DNA of 63,118 nt, counting the filler, from Phoronis australis (lineage: Eukaryota > Animalia > Phoronida), in NCBI GenBank assembly GCA_002633005.1. It is 10 parts of 10 records of this genome, joined end to end, with 100 filler letters (N's around TTAATTAATTAA, not from the genome) between each part and the next. Parts side by side here need not be neighbours in the genome. Positions count along the whole stretch, not along the records: positions 17,380 to 29,094 come from NMRA01000162.1; positions 29,195 to 33,253 come from NMRA01002724.1; positions 33,354 to 40,115 come from NMRA01002120.1; 7 more parts are not named here. One strand, given 5' to 3'. Of the stretch, positions 26,255 through 37,812 are shown piece by piece. The notes under the pieces are model-generated. The model saw nothing but the letters and a program-made list of their open reading frames with translations. It was not told the DNA's origin and ran no database searches. Numbering within the stretch: position 1 is the stretch's first letter; each line of letters starts with the position of its first letter. The position numbers were made by a program, and so were the translations under genes.

Positions 26255-26880
26255 GAACTCACTAGGCTCAAGCTTGTGCCTGGAATGTATATCTAGTTCT
26301 GAATGACTTCCATCATATCTCAGAGGCCCTTTATCATGCATGAAGGGCGTGAGCCAAGCATTGTCGTAGGTCCCTTGAAGTTCAGCTTCAAAGACCGGTA
26401 ACTCCTCCAAAATTGCACTGAGATCTGAACCTTTAGAATCTGCATTACTTGTGACTGTTGTGTTAGTTTCCCCGTCAGTGTCACCGTCACTTTCGAGCGC
26501 CAACTTCAGCTCGTTTTCACTATCTGAGACTATGGACACTTCGTCAAGAAACTGGTCAACAGTCATCTCACCATGTTTGGCACCAGCTACGATAAAACTT
26601 GCGTAAACATTCAAATATCTCGGTAACAACTCACCACAGCCATGTGTTGTAAAACAGAAAAATGTACAGGAAACTATTAACTGTGGAATGCGCATGCTCA
26701 CATCTATAAACAGAATGCGGGGCTTTGACAACTTCTAAATGAAAAACACCAGTGGCCTGGGGTGAGTTCACTCTTCTTGCGCAGCCTAGCTGTAGCATAT
26801 CATAGGCGATTTAGTACACGCAACGCCGTTTAATAGGATAGTTGGCTTGTCGGCTCTCCTCGCCTTGCGCAGGATAAGGG
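26255..26880 (-). mobile_element. piggyBac-like transposon 5' remnant with N-terminal transposase fragment
   Basis: The minus strand begins TTAA|CCCTTATCCTGCGCAAGG (TTAA at 26881-84). An ORF from ATG 26566 is very acidic (DEVSIVSDSENE..ESDGDTD), followed by W..PF...GP as in PGBD-type N-termini. It is cut off at the foldback arm. Confidence 0.6.
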
Positions 26881-27549
26881 TTAAGTGGATAAATGTGAAT
26901 CTGAACTCGAAATGTCGACACTAGGCTCGAAATTGAACCTCGAGTCTATTAGTTACCAAGAACGAACTTGGACTTGCAACCCATTTGCGCAAACCATAAT
27001 GAAATAAAGTGCAGAGTACTGGTCACTCATCTTTAGTTCGTGAAATTGTCAAATGCTTTTCGAGATATTAACAGACTGTCGGCTATCGTTCAAGCAGTAA
27101 CTCTCTACCTGAGAAATGCCAAGGTTGCATTGCTAGACGTAGAGTTCTCATTCTGCTCGCTGAAAAAGAGATCGCCTAAATACTGACAACATGGCTCAGT
27201 TACTGGACTCGCCATAAAGCAAAGCCGATTACTGTCAAGTCAACATCAAGCGCTGTTCAAAGCTACATGTACCTTGCCCTTACGGTAAAGAACTTACAAT
27301 GTGTAACAATTGTTGCTCCAATTAGAATCTCCAGTAGCACTTTCATATCCGCCTGAAATGAAACGGGAAGTGTTACAAAATGACCACTTTTCTTAACAAA
27401 CTTGGAGAAAACATTCCACGACACAGTAGTCGAGGCAAGTTTAAATGGGTCGACATTCGGTACCTGCAGCAAGTGAAGACCTGAAAAGATTCCAACTGAC
27501 TCGCTGGCTGAGCCGGTCTATGTTCACCAACAACTGGTTGAAGACCAAG

Positions 27550-27753
27550 AAAATGACTTAAGTTCGTTTTTTGTTAAGTCTAAGATTTGTCCTAAGTTAC
27601 AAATTTTGAAACTTCCACATTTAGAAAATTATTCAAAATTAAGACAAAATGAAGGTCATACTTAAGATCTCATGGTTTTGAGACAAATCTAACTTTTATT
27701 TTAAAATTTAAGATTTGTCTTTGCAAAGTTATATTTGTTGAAACGGGCCCCAG
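27550..27753. mobile_element. MITE remnant ending TTGTTGAAACGGGCCCCAG
   Basis: Repeated TAAGATTTGTC/GACAAAT motifs and a GGGCCCCAG terminus; a similar end (AACCGGGCCCAG) occurs at ~43622-43633. Confidence 0.4.
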
Positions 27754-28138
27754 ATATGTAAGTCCTAAAGAGCTGTGGCCTAACCACAGAAGGAGTATCA
27801 CGTACCTGTAATGCACGAGTTATATACACTCATTCACTGTAGTGCTTTTCATTGGGCGTTGAACAACGAACAGTAGGTGTGAAATTGAAAGTCGTAGAAA
27901 AATATGTTGGGATTTGTGGATTTTTATGGTACCCACAGCATATGTGGGAGTGGCGTGGAATTTCCCAATTGATTCAACATGGGAAGCATACTGTAGGATT
28001 GCCGGGTGTACTGCACAAGGGGAAGTGAGAAATGAACGCCTATGCTAGGCATTTTAGTTACATCATTTTTGGCCATAGTAAGATAAAAGAACGGGCAGTC
28101 GCCGCACAAAAATGTATGTTCATTCAACGTTTCGTATA

Positions 28139-28353
28139 GTGTGTTGGTGGTTTCGACCACAGGTTGTGGTGCTTAGCGTCTAGTGTGGTAGTGTAGTTAG
28201 TAGTAGTATCTAGCTCTGCTTAGTGCTCTGCTTTCAGCTTCCGCCGCTGTTCAGTTCCGACTGTCAGTACATAGCTTCTCCCACAACAAGACTCGTGCAG
28301 TGCCTCCACGCGGCAACACATGGACTGGGTTTACTCAGGCTAAACTGTGCGGG
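28139..28353 (+). ncRNA. HDV-like self-cleaving ribozyme (nested double pseudoknot), long J1/2
   Basis: P1 GTGTGTT 28139-45 / AACACAT 28315-21 (G-U wobble at the cleavage site); P2 CTCGTGCAGT 28292-301 / ACTGTGCGGG 28344-53; P3 GCC 28302-04 / GGC 28312-14; L3 TCCACGC; P1.1 CC 28306-07 / GG 28322-23; P4 CTGGG-TTTA-CTCAG 28325-38; J4/2 GCTAA with catalytic C at 28340. Confidence 0.88.
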
Positions 28354-29094
28354 ATCGGGTTGGGGAAGGGGGTTTTCTGTCTTTAGCAGCCGCTGTTGTT
28401 TCGAACGATATGAGATGCCGAAAACCTTGTTGGAAGCATTCTCTGTTCTCGGGTGATTGATCAGTGGCTCTAGAGTGGGAGACCTCTCTAACCCAATCAT
28501 CCCCCTTTGGGGCGCCTCTTCGGGTCCGATTGATACCCCTTGTCTCCGGTGACACGGGAACCCTTGAGAACTAATACCCTGGTTCTTGAGTCTTAAGCCA
28601 GTTGCGGCTGGTGGTAAACAACACAGAACTTTGCGTATGAAGTAATCTTGGGCAAACCGCGGTGCACGGAGTAGCGCCTGTTGCACTAGGGGACAAGCCT
28701 CTGTACGGTTAGCCCTGGGAGGTTGCGAGGTTCTGGCACTTGGAGGTAGACATACTGAACCTGGGTAGTCCATTTGCAGCAGAAGCCCTTTCGCTGGGGG
28801 TCATATGCTCGCTTGGAGGAACCAGGGGAGGGAGCTGTTAAAACCAGTGTCAGATCCTATAGGTTTGCGGATGCAGGAAAGCCTTTGGCTGGGCCTTGTT
28901 GCCACCCTATGGATAAGGTGAATGCGGATGCAGACCTGAATCATAACCTATACTTGCTATATGGATCCACAGCGAAAACCAATAACCCACCCTGGTCAGG
29001 GTTCAAGTGACCAGCGCACAGGGCAGTCGAATGTGGTCTTTGCGGCCACGGACGTCCACCTCAAAGACTCCTCCCTAGGAGTTTCTATAAGGCA
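28139..29094 (+). mobile_element. Probable 5' UTR of a non-LTR retrotransposon headed by the HDV-like ribozyme; body lost in gap
   Basis: About 950 bp of GC-rich sequence contrasting with AT-rich flanks. It starts at the predicted cleavage site and runs into a contig break; no recognisable ORF is visible. Confidence 0.55.
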
Positions 29095-30065
29095 NNNNNN
29101 NNNNNNNNNNNNNNNNNNNNNNNNNNNNNNNNNNNNNNTTAATTAATTAANNNNNNNNNNNNNNNNNNNNNNNNNNNNNNNNNNNNNNNNNNNNATGAAA
29201 CTGTGTGAAAATGTCATCATGTGAATTCTAATACAAACAGTGGCTTGTCTACATAGCCATAGTTTACAACGTTTGCGATAACCAACATTTTTAATCAACA
29301 CAGGTGCTTTAAATAGGGACCAGCAATTTTAACAGCACACGAATTCTGTCACAGGACCATTGCATAATAGAGACTGACTATAAACATGTCCCCTCATTTA
29401 GTGAGTGTTCCAGATGACAGAAACTTTCTAATGGTGACATCAATCTGGACTATGTTTGATAGACAGCAAGACAATATCTTCCACGTGAAAATCTTTTCCA
29501 AAAGAACGGAAACACTGATTTAATCCCACAATTCAACAAACCAACATCGCCGACCAATCACATTTGTGACTGCCTTTTTGGTACGATTGGCATGAGCTCC
29601 AGCGACTCGCGAAACAATCGCTTTTCACTCGAATGGACTATATAAGCTAAGCATTCTTTTGCATAGCATCACGCATGGTAGTACACAGGCCTATTGATCT
29701 AACACATTCGAAAAATCTATAATTGATGCCATTGCTAAAGCAGCACGTGCTCTGTGGAATGGGCCATGTTTAGAATGATACACCGATTTTAAACAAAAGG
29801 TATTGCTAAAATTGCCGTTTTCATTTTTCAAGACTTCTTAAAGTGTTGTGAATAAGCCAGGATTTTAAAAAATATTAATGATACAGTAGAGAAGTTGAAA
29901 ATGATGGCAACAAATTACAGGTAAACACAATCGTCCAAGGCTGCCTTTACCGTGCAACTCAGAGATGTGGCAGTAAATTGCGGCAAAAATTGTTGAAGGC
30001 AAGTTCTGTGAAGGAATGAACATTAGCCAAGTATTAAACTATATGAGAGTTAAGAAAGTACTTAC

Positions 30066-30240
30066 TGATCCCCAGTTGAGGGTCCTGGCCAGGTCGTTAC
30101 CAGTACCCAATGGCAAGATGGCCACAGGTGGGGGAGGCTTGATGCCGACCAAGTCAATCGTGGACAAGATCCAGCCCACAGTGCCATCACCTCCGCAGGC
30201 CAAGATACGCAGGTTTGGAACCTTTTTATAGAGCTCCAGA
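30066..30240 (-). CDS. DGKZ: Internal exon of a type IV diacylglycerol kinase (DGKzeta/iota, rdgA-like), catalytic DAGKc domain
   Basis: Encodes [58 protein letters not shown] with GGDGT and [11 protein letters not shown] motifs. Polypyrimidine acceptor TTTTGTTTTGTTTAG (AG at 30242-41) and donor GTAAGT (30065-60). Length 175 nt = 1 + 58 codons. DGKZ versus DGKI orthology cannot be resolved. Confidence 0.96.
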
Positions 30241-31073
30241 CTAAACAAAACAAAAAAGAGTAACGTATATCAATAAAACAACTGTCAGTCTATTTCCTTG
30301 TTGTGAAAATGGCCCCTGGACAATATACTAGACATTCTGCCACCATCATGCCGTCAAATTGCCACCTGATCAAACGATTCACACAATAATGCGTCCACAT
30401 ATAAATATGTGGGCGCATAAAAATATCCTACAACTCAAAATGCATGTGAATGCAAGAAATTGCATTCTGTCTCTGTCAACTCAACCTGTCTTGCGCACCA
30501 GAATTAGAAATTGGGTCAAGTGAAAGATGCTTTTGCACTATCCCAAGCCTACAGAGTTGTGTGCAGATTGTTTCCTATTTCATAAAATGTTACTAAATGT
30601 AGTCTTATTTTAGTGACACATTTTAATCGATGAGACTAATTCAGCCCTCTGTATTCAAAACTGGTGGAACAAAAAAGGAAGGAATACCTTTAAATAAGCT
30701 AATTTCTACAACAGGAAAGTGGCATCAAAACTCATTGAAAATCACATTAGGTCCTATATCCTTATTTCCCAACTGCATTTTCCAATAGCTGCATTTACAG
30801 TGACAACAGACAACACAGTGGGGAGGCCTGACTTGTGTGGGGAACTGAACAATATGGCGCTTCTCTGAATTATCTCAATCCCCCCAATCCCTGAAGAGTT
30901 TTGGTGAATTTTGAATAAAGGAGGACATAATTATAAAAGGTGCTTTTAGCAAAACGTGTTTTTGTTCTCTGACCCCCGTGAAGGTTCTCTTTGCTCAACT
31001 AAAAATGGTTGATTTTTTCAAGTTGATGCAGCGATATGGTACTCTTCAGTTATCCACATTATCAAATATGTCA

Positions 31074-33226
31074 TCAGATGCCAGCTGAGCTGACAGCGAG
31101 ACACAAAGACAAGAAGTAATTAAGGGCTATTTTTGGCCCAAAAAAAAAACACCCCAAGGATGGGGACACTGGGTACAACTGCTAAAGTGCAAGTGTGCGG
31201 AAATCACTTGCAGGGAATATGACAGTCGACTGCTTTCAAACGTCAAAAAATTAATAAGGATCACAGCAGGAATAATGGATTGATATACTAGCAGTACACG
31301 ACACACTCGTTATATCTAACTAATTAGTCAAACGAGGGAGAACACATGAATTAGCTGTCCAAATGAGATTATTCTCTTGTAGCTTGTATTGATTGACGTG
31401 TTATGCATTGCAATCATCTTGAAAGAGGTACCGGGAAAAACAAGCTACAAATTGACAAATGCATTTTTAATAAATTCAGACTAAGCTCCTTCTAAGGATG
31501 GAAACTATTAATAATAAAGAGACAGGATGAATATTTGAATTGATAACTATCATTAGGTGCTAATAATTTCCCTAACAGAAAAGTCATTAAACAGTAATGC
31601 AGAGCTTGTGAGGCAGATTTATCATCGTGATGAAACTATACACATTTCGTGACCGACGTAAGGCTACAACCAAAAATGAAGATTCGGATATTGACTCTGA
31701 CATTGCAGTTACAGATTTAGACTAAGGAACTATGAGCGCGTGCGATTTTTATTAGTTATTTAAGTGATCTAGCACAAGGGAGACCATCTCTAAGAAGGGC
31801 AAAGGTCAACATGCAGGAAGTTTGTTGACTAAGAGTTTGCTCTAGTGTATTGTGGGTAGTAAGCTACTACTGACACATATTGTACCACGAAAGATGGTGA
31901 AGAGCAAGGAGCATCATGGGTAGTGAGATACTATTGACTTGTGCTGCATCACGAAGGACTGTGACCTCCGAGTACAGTGGGAGAAAATAGTAGTTGGTAC
32001 AAGGATTGACCAACAGGATGGTCAAGCGAGACACCGAATGTTGTACTGAATGAGCAACTGGCTCCAGAAGTGGCCTACAGGATCGTCATTCACAGAGCGT
32101 CGATNTCAGATGCCAGCTGAGCTGACAGCGAGACACAAAGACAAGAAGTAATTAAGGGCTATTTTTGGCCCAAAAAAAAAAACACCCCAAGGATGGGGAC
32201 ACTGGGTACAACTGCTAAAGTGCAAGTGTGCGGAAATCACTTGCAGGGAATATGACAGTCGACTGCTTTCAAACGTCAAAAAATTAATAAGGATCACAGC
32301 GGGAATAATGGATTGATATACTAGCAGTACACGACACACTCGTTATATCTAACTAATTAGTCAAACGAGGAAGAACACGTGAATTAGCTGTCCAAATGAG
32401 ATTATTCTCTTGTAGCTTGTATCGATTGACGTGTTATGCATTGCAATCATCTTGAAAGAGCTACCGGGAAAAACAAGCTACAAATTGACAAATGCATTTT
32501 TAATAAATTCAGACTAAGCTCCTTCTAAGGATGGAGACTATTAATAATAAAGAGACAGGATGAATATTTGAATTGATAACTATCATTAGGTGCTAATAAT
32601 TTCCCTAACAGAAAAGTCATTTAACAGTAATGCAGAGCTTGTGAGGCAGATTTATCATCGTGATGAAACTATACACATTTCGTGACCGACGTAAGGCTAC
32701 AACCAAAAATGAAGATTCGGATATTGACTCTGACATTGCAGTTACAGATGTCCTTCAAACAGAGATGAGTAGCGTCGACAATAAGCGTGTAATGAAGCTG
32801 GGTTCGACAAATCAAAAGGCACTGTATCAGTAAAAACTAAGTTGCTTCTGTTCAATGAATGGTGACTTAAGACTTATGAAAGAAAGCTCCCATTGCTCAA
32901 CTGCTGAATAAAGATTTAGACTAAGGAATTACGAGCGCGTGCGATTTTTATTAGTTATTTAAGTGATCTAGTACAAGGGAGACCATCTCTAAGAAGGGCA
33001 AAGGTCAACATGCAGGAAGTTTGTTGACTAAGAGTTTGCTCCAGTGTATTGTAGGTAGTAAGCTACTACCGACACATATTGTACCACGAAAGATGGTGAA
33101 GAGCAAGGAGCATCATGGGTAGTGAGATACTATTGACTTGTGCTGCATCACGAAGGACTGTGACCTTCGAGTACAGTGGGAGAAAATAGTAGTTGGTACA
33201 AGGATTGACCAACAGGATGGTCAAGC
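31074..33226. repeat. ~950-1120 bp tandem duplication (31074-32027 vs 32106-33226) joined at a single N; probably two haplotypes
   Basis: Near-identical copies with scattered SNPs; copy 2 has an extra 166 bp (32750-32915). Confidence 0.9.
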
Positions 33227-33379
33227 CAGTGGCGGATCTAGGATATCACAAGGNNNNNNNNNNNNNNNNNNNNNNNNNNNNNNNNNNNNNNNNNNNNTTA
33301 ATTAATTAANNNNNNNNNNNNNNNNNNNNNNNNNNNNNNNNNNNNNNNNNNNNTTATCCTAAAATATCTAATTAACTAA

Positions 33380-33950
33380 TGACTGTCAACCCATGAAAGT
33401 ATATATTTTCTGAAAACAGAAGTTAAAACGAATTCATCTATGGCATCCACAACATTGTGCCATTGTTGTGGTTTCGTTAGTCGGCATTTTGGGTGAAAAA
33501 GTTCTGAAATTGATCCATCAACCTTCATTAGTAAGACTTTGCCAAGGTTGGTCATTTTTAGTATTAGACCGTGCAATCTTCCTTCGATTTGCATCAGCTC
33601 CAAAGTGTGATTAATTTTTCATATATAAGTTAATTTTAGCATTATCTTCTGACCAGGAACATTGTCTGTAAATCAAGACTCCATTTGACATGTTATTCCT
33701 ATTTCCTTATGTAATCAGTTCATCATTAGCAGCATCTAATGAGGAGTTATGAATCCGTTGATCACGCATTGTATTTCCTCTCAGTATTTCATTTCCTCCC
33801 AGTCATGCAGTACTTTTTGATTTTAATATTGTCTTCCATAGCTTGATTTAAGGAGTGCGAAACAGTGCGCCAAAAACCCGCTGTTTTTTAATATGTAAAT
33901 TGAGAAAGTTAAAAAACATATGAATAGGATTTTTTTAATAGCAGTTTGTT
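33380..33950 (-). pseudogene. Possible highly decayed LINE ORF2 linker fragment
   Basis: Minus-strand peptide scraps in the expected order: FWRTVS, VLHDWEE, DNVP; many stops and frameshifts. Confidence 0.3.
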
Positions 33951-35029
33951 TAGTTTGAAAAATGTTTTGGTGTTGAGTTTTTGTTATTTTAGCATTTAAT
34001 AATACCACGTAACATCAAATTTCAAAATCGCATCATTCCAATCAATAGTCAATCTCTATTGTAGACATCAGTTGTAGTTCAGAAGGCAATTTTTAATTTC
34101 TGAAGGAAGATATTTCTTGCCTTAGAATATTCACATCAACTCAACATTTATCGCCATCTACTGAAATGCAGCGAGGTAATTGTTATCTTAAAAATGGCAC
34201 ACTTTTGAAGAGGTCAAATGACACTTTCTTATACAAGAATCTGTTTAAACATTTTTTTAAGAAATCTACATTGAATTAAAACTTTGTAAAATTGGTTGCT
34301 GGTAGTTGTTACGGTCTCTCAGCGTGGGTGTCTTGCTTCTTATGAAACTTTCACTATGATTCAACTGACTGGAATTGANGATGTTGAGAATTTTCAAAAT
34401 TTACTCAGCACATTTGATTAGCTTGCCAGGAAAGTAGTGTTGTAGAAAGCACATGTGACATTGTCAGCATGGATTTTACTTAAGCAGGCCACCTAGTTAT
34501 GTCAGATGTTTGTGAATGGAAAACAATCTGGTATTATTTGAAGAGTCTTTGTACTTTGATACAGTGTGGTATTCTGAACCAACTGATGGACTTTTAGGTA
34601 ATCTTTGGGCTGTGATAAATTGACATTTCGTAATGTTATTGTGTGTATCAGGTAAGAGGAGATTGCATGCAGGTTGTGATGTCTATGGGCCTTCCGTTTG
34701 CTGTGAAATTATCTTGATTTTCATATTTTAAAATTGTTTTTGCAGGAGATTATCTGATAATTGAGGAGCGCAACAATAACTGGTTGGGTGCCTGTTGTTA
34801 TTAGCAAGTCACATTTTGTGAAAACCTTTTGATGATTGAAAATTTGAGCTTGTTATTATTTTGTTACAAAGTATACTGCCAATCACTATCCAATGTTTAC
34901 AAGGTAAAACTAAACTATGAAGGATCAAATGTCTCGGGCTTCCTCATCCACTATGAAGTTGATACTGCAGATGGGAGCTGAAGTGGGAAGGATGGGAAGG
35001 AAATGGGACGGATGGAGGGATCTTGGAGG

Positions 35030-35107
35030 GGTCTTCAGACGAGAAGGACAGACCTTCAGATGAGAAGGATGGACCTTCAGATGAAAAGGATGGACCTTCA
35101 GATGAGA
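35030..35107 (+). repeat. Minisatellite, ~4 x 20-bp GAGAAGGATGGACCTTCAGA
   Basis: Direct tandem copies read from the sequence. Confidence 0.85.
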
Positions 35108-35972
35108 ATTACAGACCCAAAATGCAATGGACTGGCAGTAAATGGGTAGTACTCTAGGGTGGGAGGATAGTACACATTTTTAGGAATTTGATTCGATTCT
35201 TTGTAGGAGGAATTCAAGTATTTTTTATGCCAATCATATTTGTCAAATTAACTCTTTTTTTCTCAAATATATGTAGTTAACTTACCACTTGTACCAATTT
35301 TAATAAACAAAATTGTTAAATGTGATAAGATTCCAACTAATGAACGATCCTGAGCTGTTTATTTGTTCAATATCTCAATATTACTTTTCAAAAAATGCAA
35401 ACAAGTTGTAACTTTGTAAGACATCTAACAGCAAAAATTGGAAATAATAATTGAAACAAAACGGGCCTTGGCTTAATGATATCAAAATCAGTCGCTCTTG
35501 AATTGAGATTCAATTCATCGTAGCCTTAGTTAGAAGTACAGGTTTTGATGGCAAGGATGGGCTGATTTTCATTTTGGGATCTTGGATCACGTTTATTGTT
35601 CATTGTCATGTTGTGTATCAAATGCTGTAAAATTTTATTCACATTGCTGCCACTGCACTTGAGTTGTGTGCCCGTCATGAAAAAATAGATAATTATGGTA
35701 ATTCCTTACCTGTTTCGTACAAAATAAGTTCCAAAATTGTCATTTTGTTGACACAGTTGCGGTGTTATTACTAATAATGTCCACTTCAAATTCTGATATT
35801 CCATTCAAGTTTTTATGACATGTCAATAAATCAAATAATGGCACTACTTTCACAACCTTGTCCTTGCCAGCTCTCACCTGTTCTTTGTATTTTTGGGTCC
35901 GTCCTTGCAATCAGCAGTTTGAGCTCCACATTGATCTAATAAAATCTGTGTCTTATTTTATTTATCTTATTA

Positions 35973-36282
35973 TACTACTATCGAGTTCCGAATAGTTGTA
36001 GAGACAGCAATAATAATATAGACTGGAAAATTTCACGATTTTTAGTAATAGTAGAGACTCTAACACTAGTATAGACCCAACATTTTTGCCACTAGAAAAG
36101 TAGAATGAATTAATAGTATAGACCAGAAATTGTCAGAAAAAACTAATAATAGTATAGAATGGAATAATGGTATAGACGCCAAATTTGTGGAAATTTAAAC
36201 ATAGTATAGACTTGAATAGTAATATTGATTACAAATTTAGGTAAAATCTAATAATGATATAGAAGGGAATAAATAACGTAGA
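35973..36282 (+). repeat. Array of AATAGTATAGA(C/A) motifs, likely subterminal repeats of a non-autonomous DNA transposon
   Basis: About 13 degenerate copies arranged in pairs with ~50-bp periodicity. Confidence 0.55.
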
Positions 36283-36899
36283 AAATATATCTGAAACTAA
36301 ATAAGGCGATCCAGATCCTCCCAAGGATACTATTGTTTCATGAAATGAAGAATATAAATAAACTGAACATTAGCATAGTTAAGTTATTGCAGTGGTGTAT
36401 CCACCCATGCCATAACATAGTACAGTGAAGTGGAATAAAAGTGTCATTGCTAAAACAAAAGACCATTCGCTTATTCAATTGGAAGTCTATATAGATGTGT
36501 TTCAAACAGTATGCGAAATCAGCTCACTCAAAAAAGAATGTGACATTCATACTAGAGATGCCAATTTCGACTAAGTCCAAAAACTATAACAAGGAGGTAA
36601 AGATTTCAGCAGCAACGTCCAGTTTTCCAGGAAGCCGACATACTGAATAAAGATAATAAAGTGTCTAGGTAAAACGAGTCGCATTTTTATCGTACATGTT
36701 CCTTACAGTCGAGCCTTTGTTTTCTCTCAATCTCATGTCTTGCACAATGTTCATAGTCAATATCCTCGTAATGTTAGTCAGAATTCGACGTCAAAATGTC
36801 GGTACATCCAAAATTTTACACGGCCAGAAATTGAGATTTCTTGCAGAATTGCCCAACATTTGAGTCCACGACCACAAATGCGTCCACCATCTTGAATGT

Positions 36900-37812
36900 C
36901 TACGGTAAATACACAAACCAATTCACGTGCGTTTTTCCATTTATTTGGATGGGAAAACAAGTAGAAATCAATTTCAATAGATATTGACTGGATTGTCGAA
37001 CGTTAGCAACTATTTCACTTTCAAGATTGTCACACAAGTCCATTCTTTCTGTTCATAAAAACAATCTATTCTCAAGTTTGGAGCGAATTGTAAAAATTCT
37101 GATGTCCGATGTTGTCGCCAACTTGTTGGTACTTTGTTGATTGGAAGGTTCGGCACCGTCCATTAATTGCACGCGTATTTGCGCTTCGTTGAATGACCGC
37201 GTTATCACCACGGTCCGTATCTGTAGCTGGATTATTTGTCGTACCAGCATCTGAATCAATGTCTGTATCTGGAACATCTCTCGGTTTGTAAAATAAACCT
37301 TGAATTCTTTAGGCATTTGCACGGCAGACAGTATGATTAAGTATGTAGAATGCACATGTCAATAATGACGAAAACCGCAGATGACACTGGCTGTGCAAAT
37401 TCCTGGAATTACTTCCCCCGGAAATGCAAACTTCGGGGAAAGACACAGTGAAGAGTTGTAACGGCTTGCCAGTTTTTCACAAAGTGCAATCATAAATATT
37501 GGATCACCCAAAGAAACTCATCGAAAGCGTTTTTATTCATATGTATGTTGAGCTGCCGGCAACACCGATCTGTGTCACGGGGCGCGCGGAATATTGAAAA
37601 ATGCACTTTTTGTGCATTAAATTTCTCATTTCTGAAATTACTGATGGCCTATTTCTTTGAGCGACTGCCGACCAGCCGTTAATATTGAGAAAGTGGTCAT
37701 CATTTCAAGCTTTTTTAAATTTTGCCAACACTCTTAATTCTGACCGATCCCGTCGAACCCGTCCAAAATAACATTCTGGCCGTCCAACAGACGGCCACTG
37801 CGTAAACCCTTG
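36900..37812 (-). mobile_element. hAT-like transposon end with decayed coding-like sequence
   Basis: The minus strand begins CAAGGGTTTACGCAGTGGCCGTCTGTTGGACGGCC with GACGG subterminal motifs. Downstream is a CpG-retaining, low-complexity open stretch (DVPDTDIDSD..RTFQS). The inner boundary is approximate. Confidence 0.3.

Noticed and set aside
28264-28773. 169-aa minus-strand ORF
   Set aside because: No domain; antisense to the GC-rich ribozyme-headed leader, where stop codons are rare.
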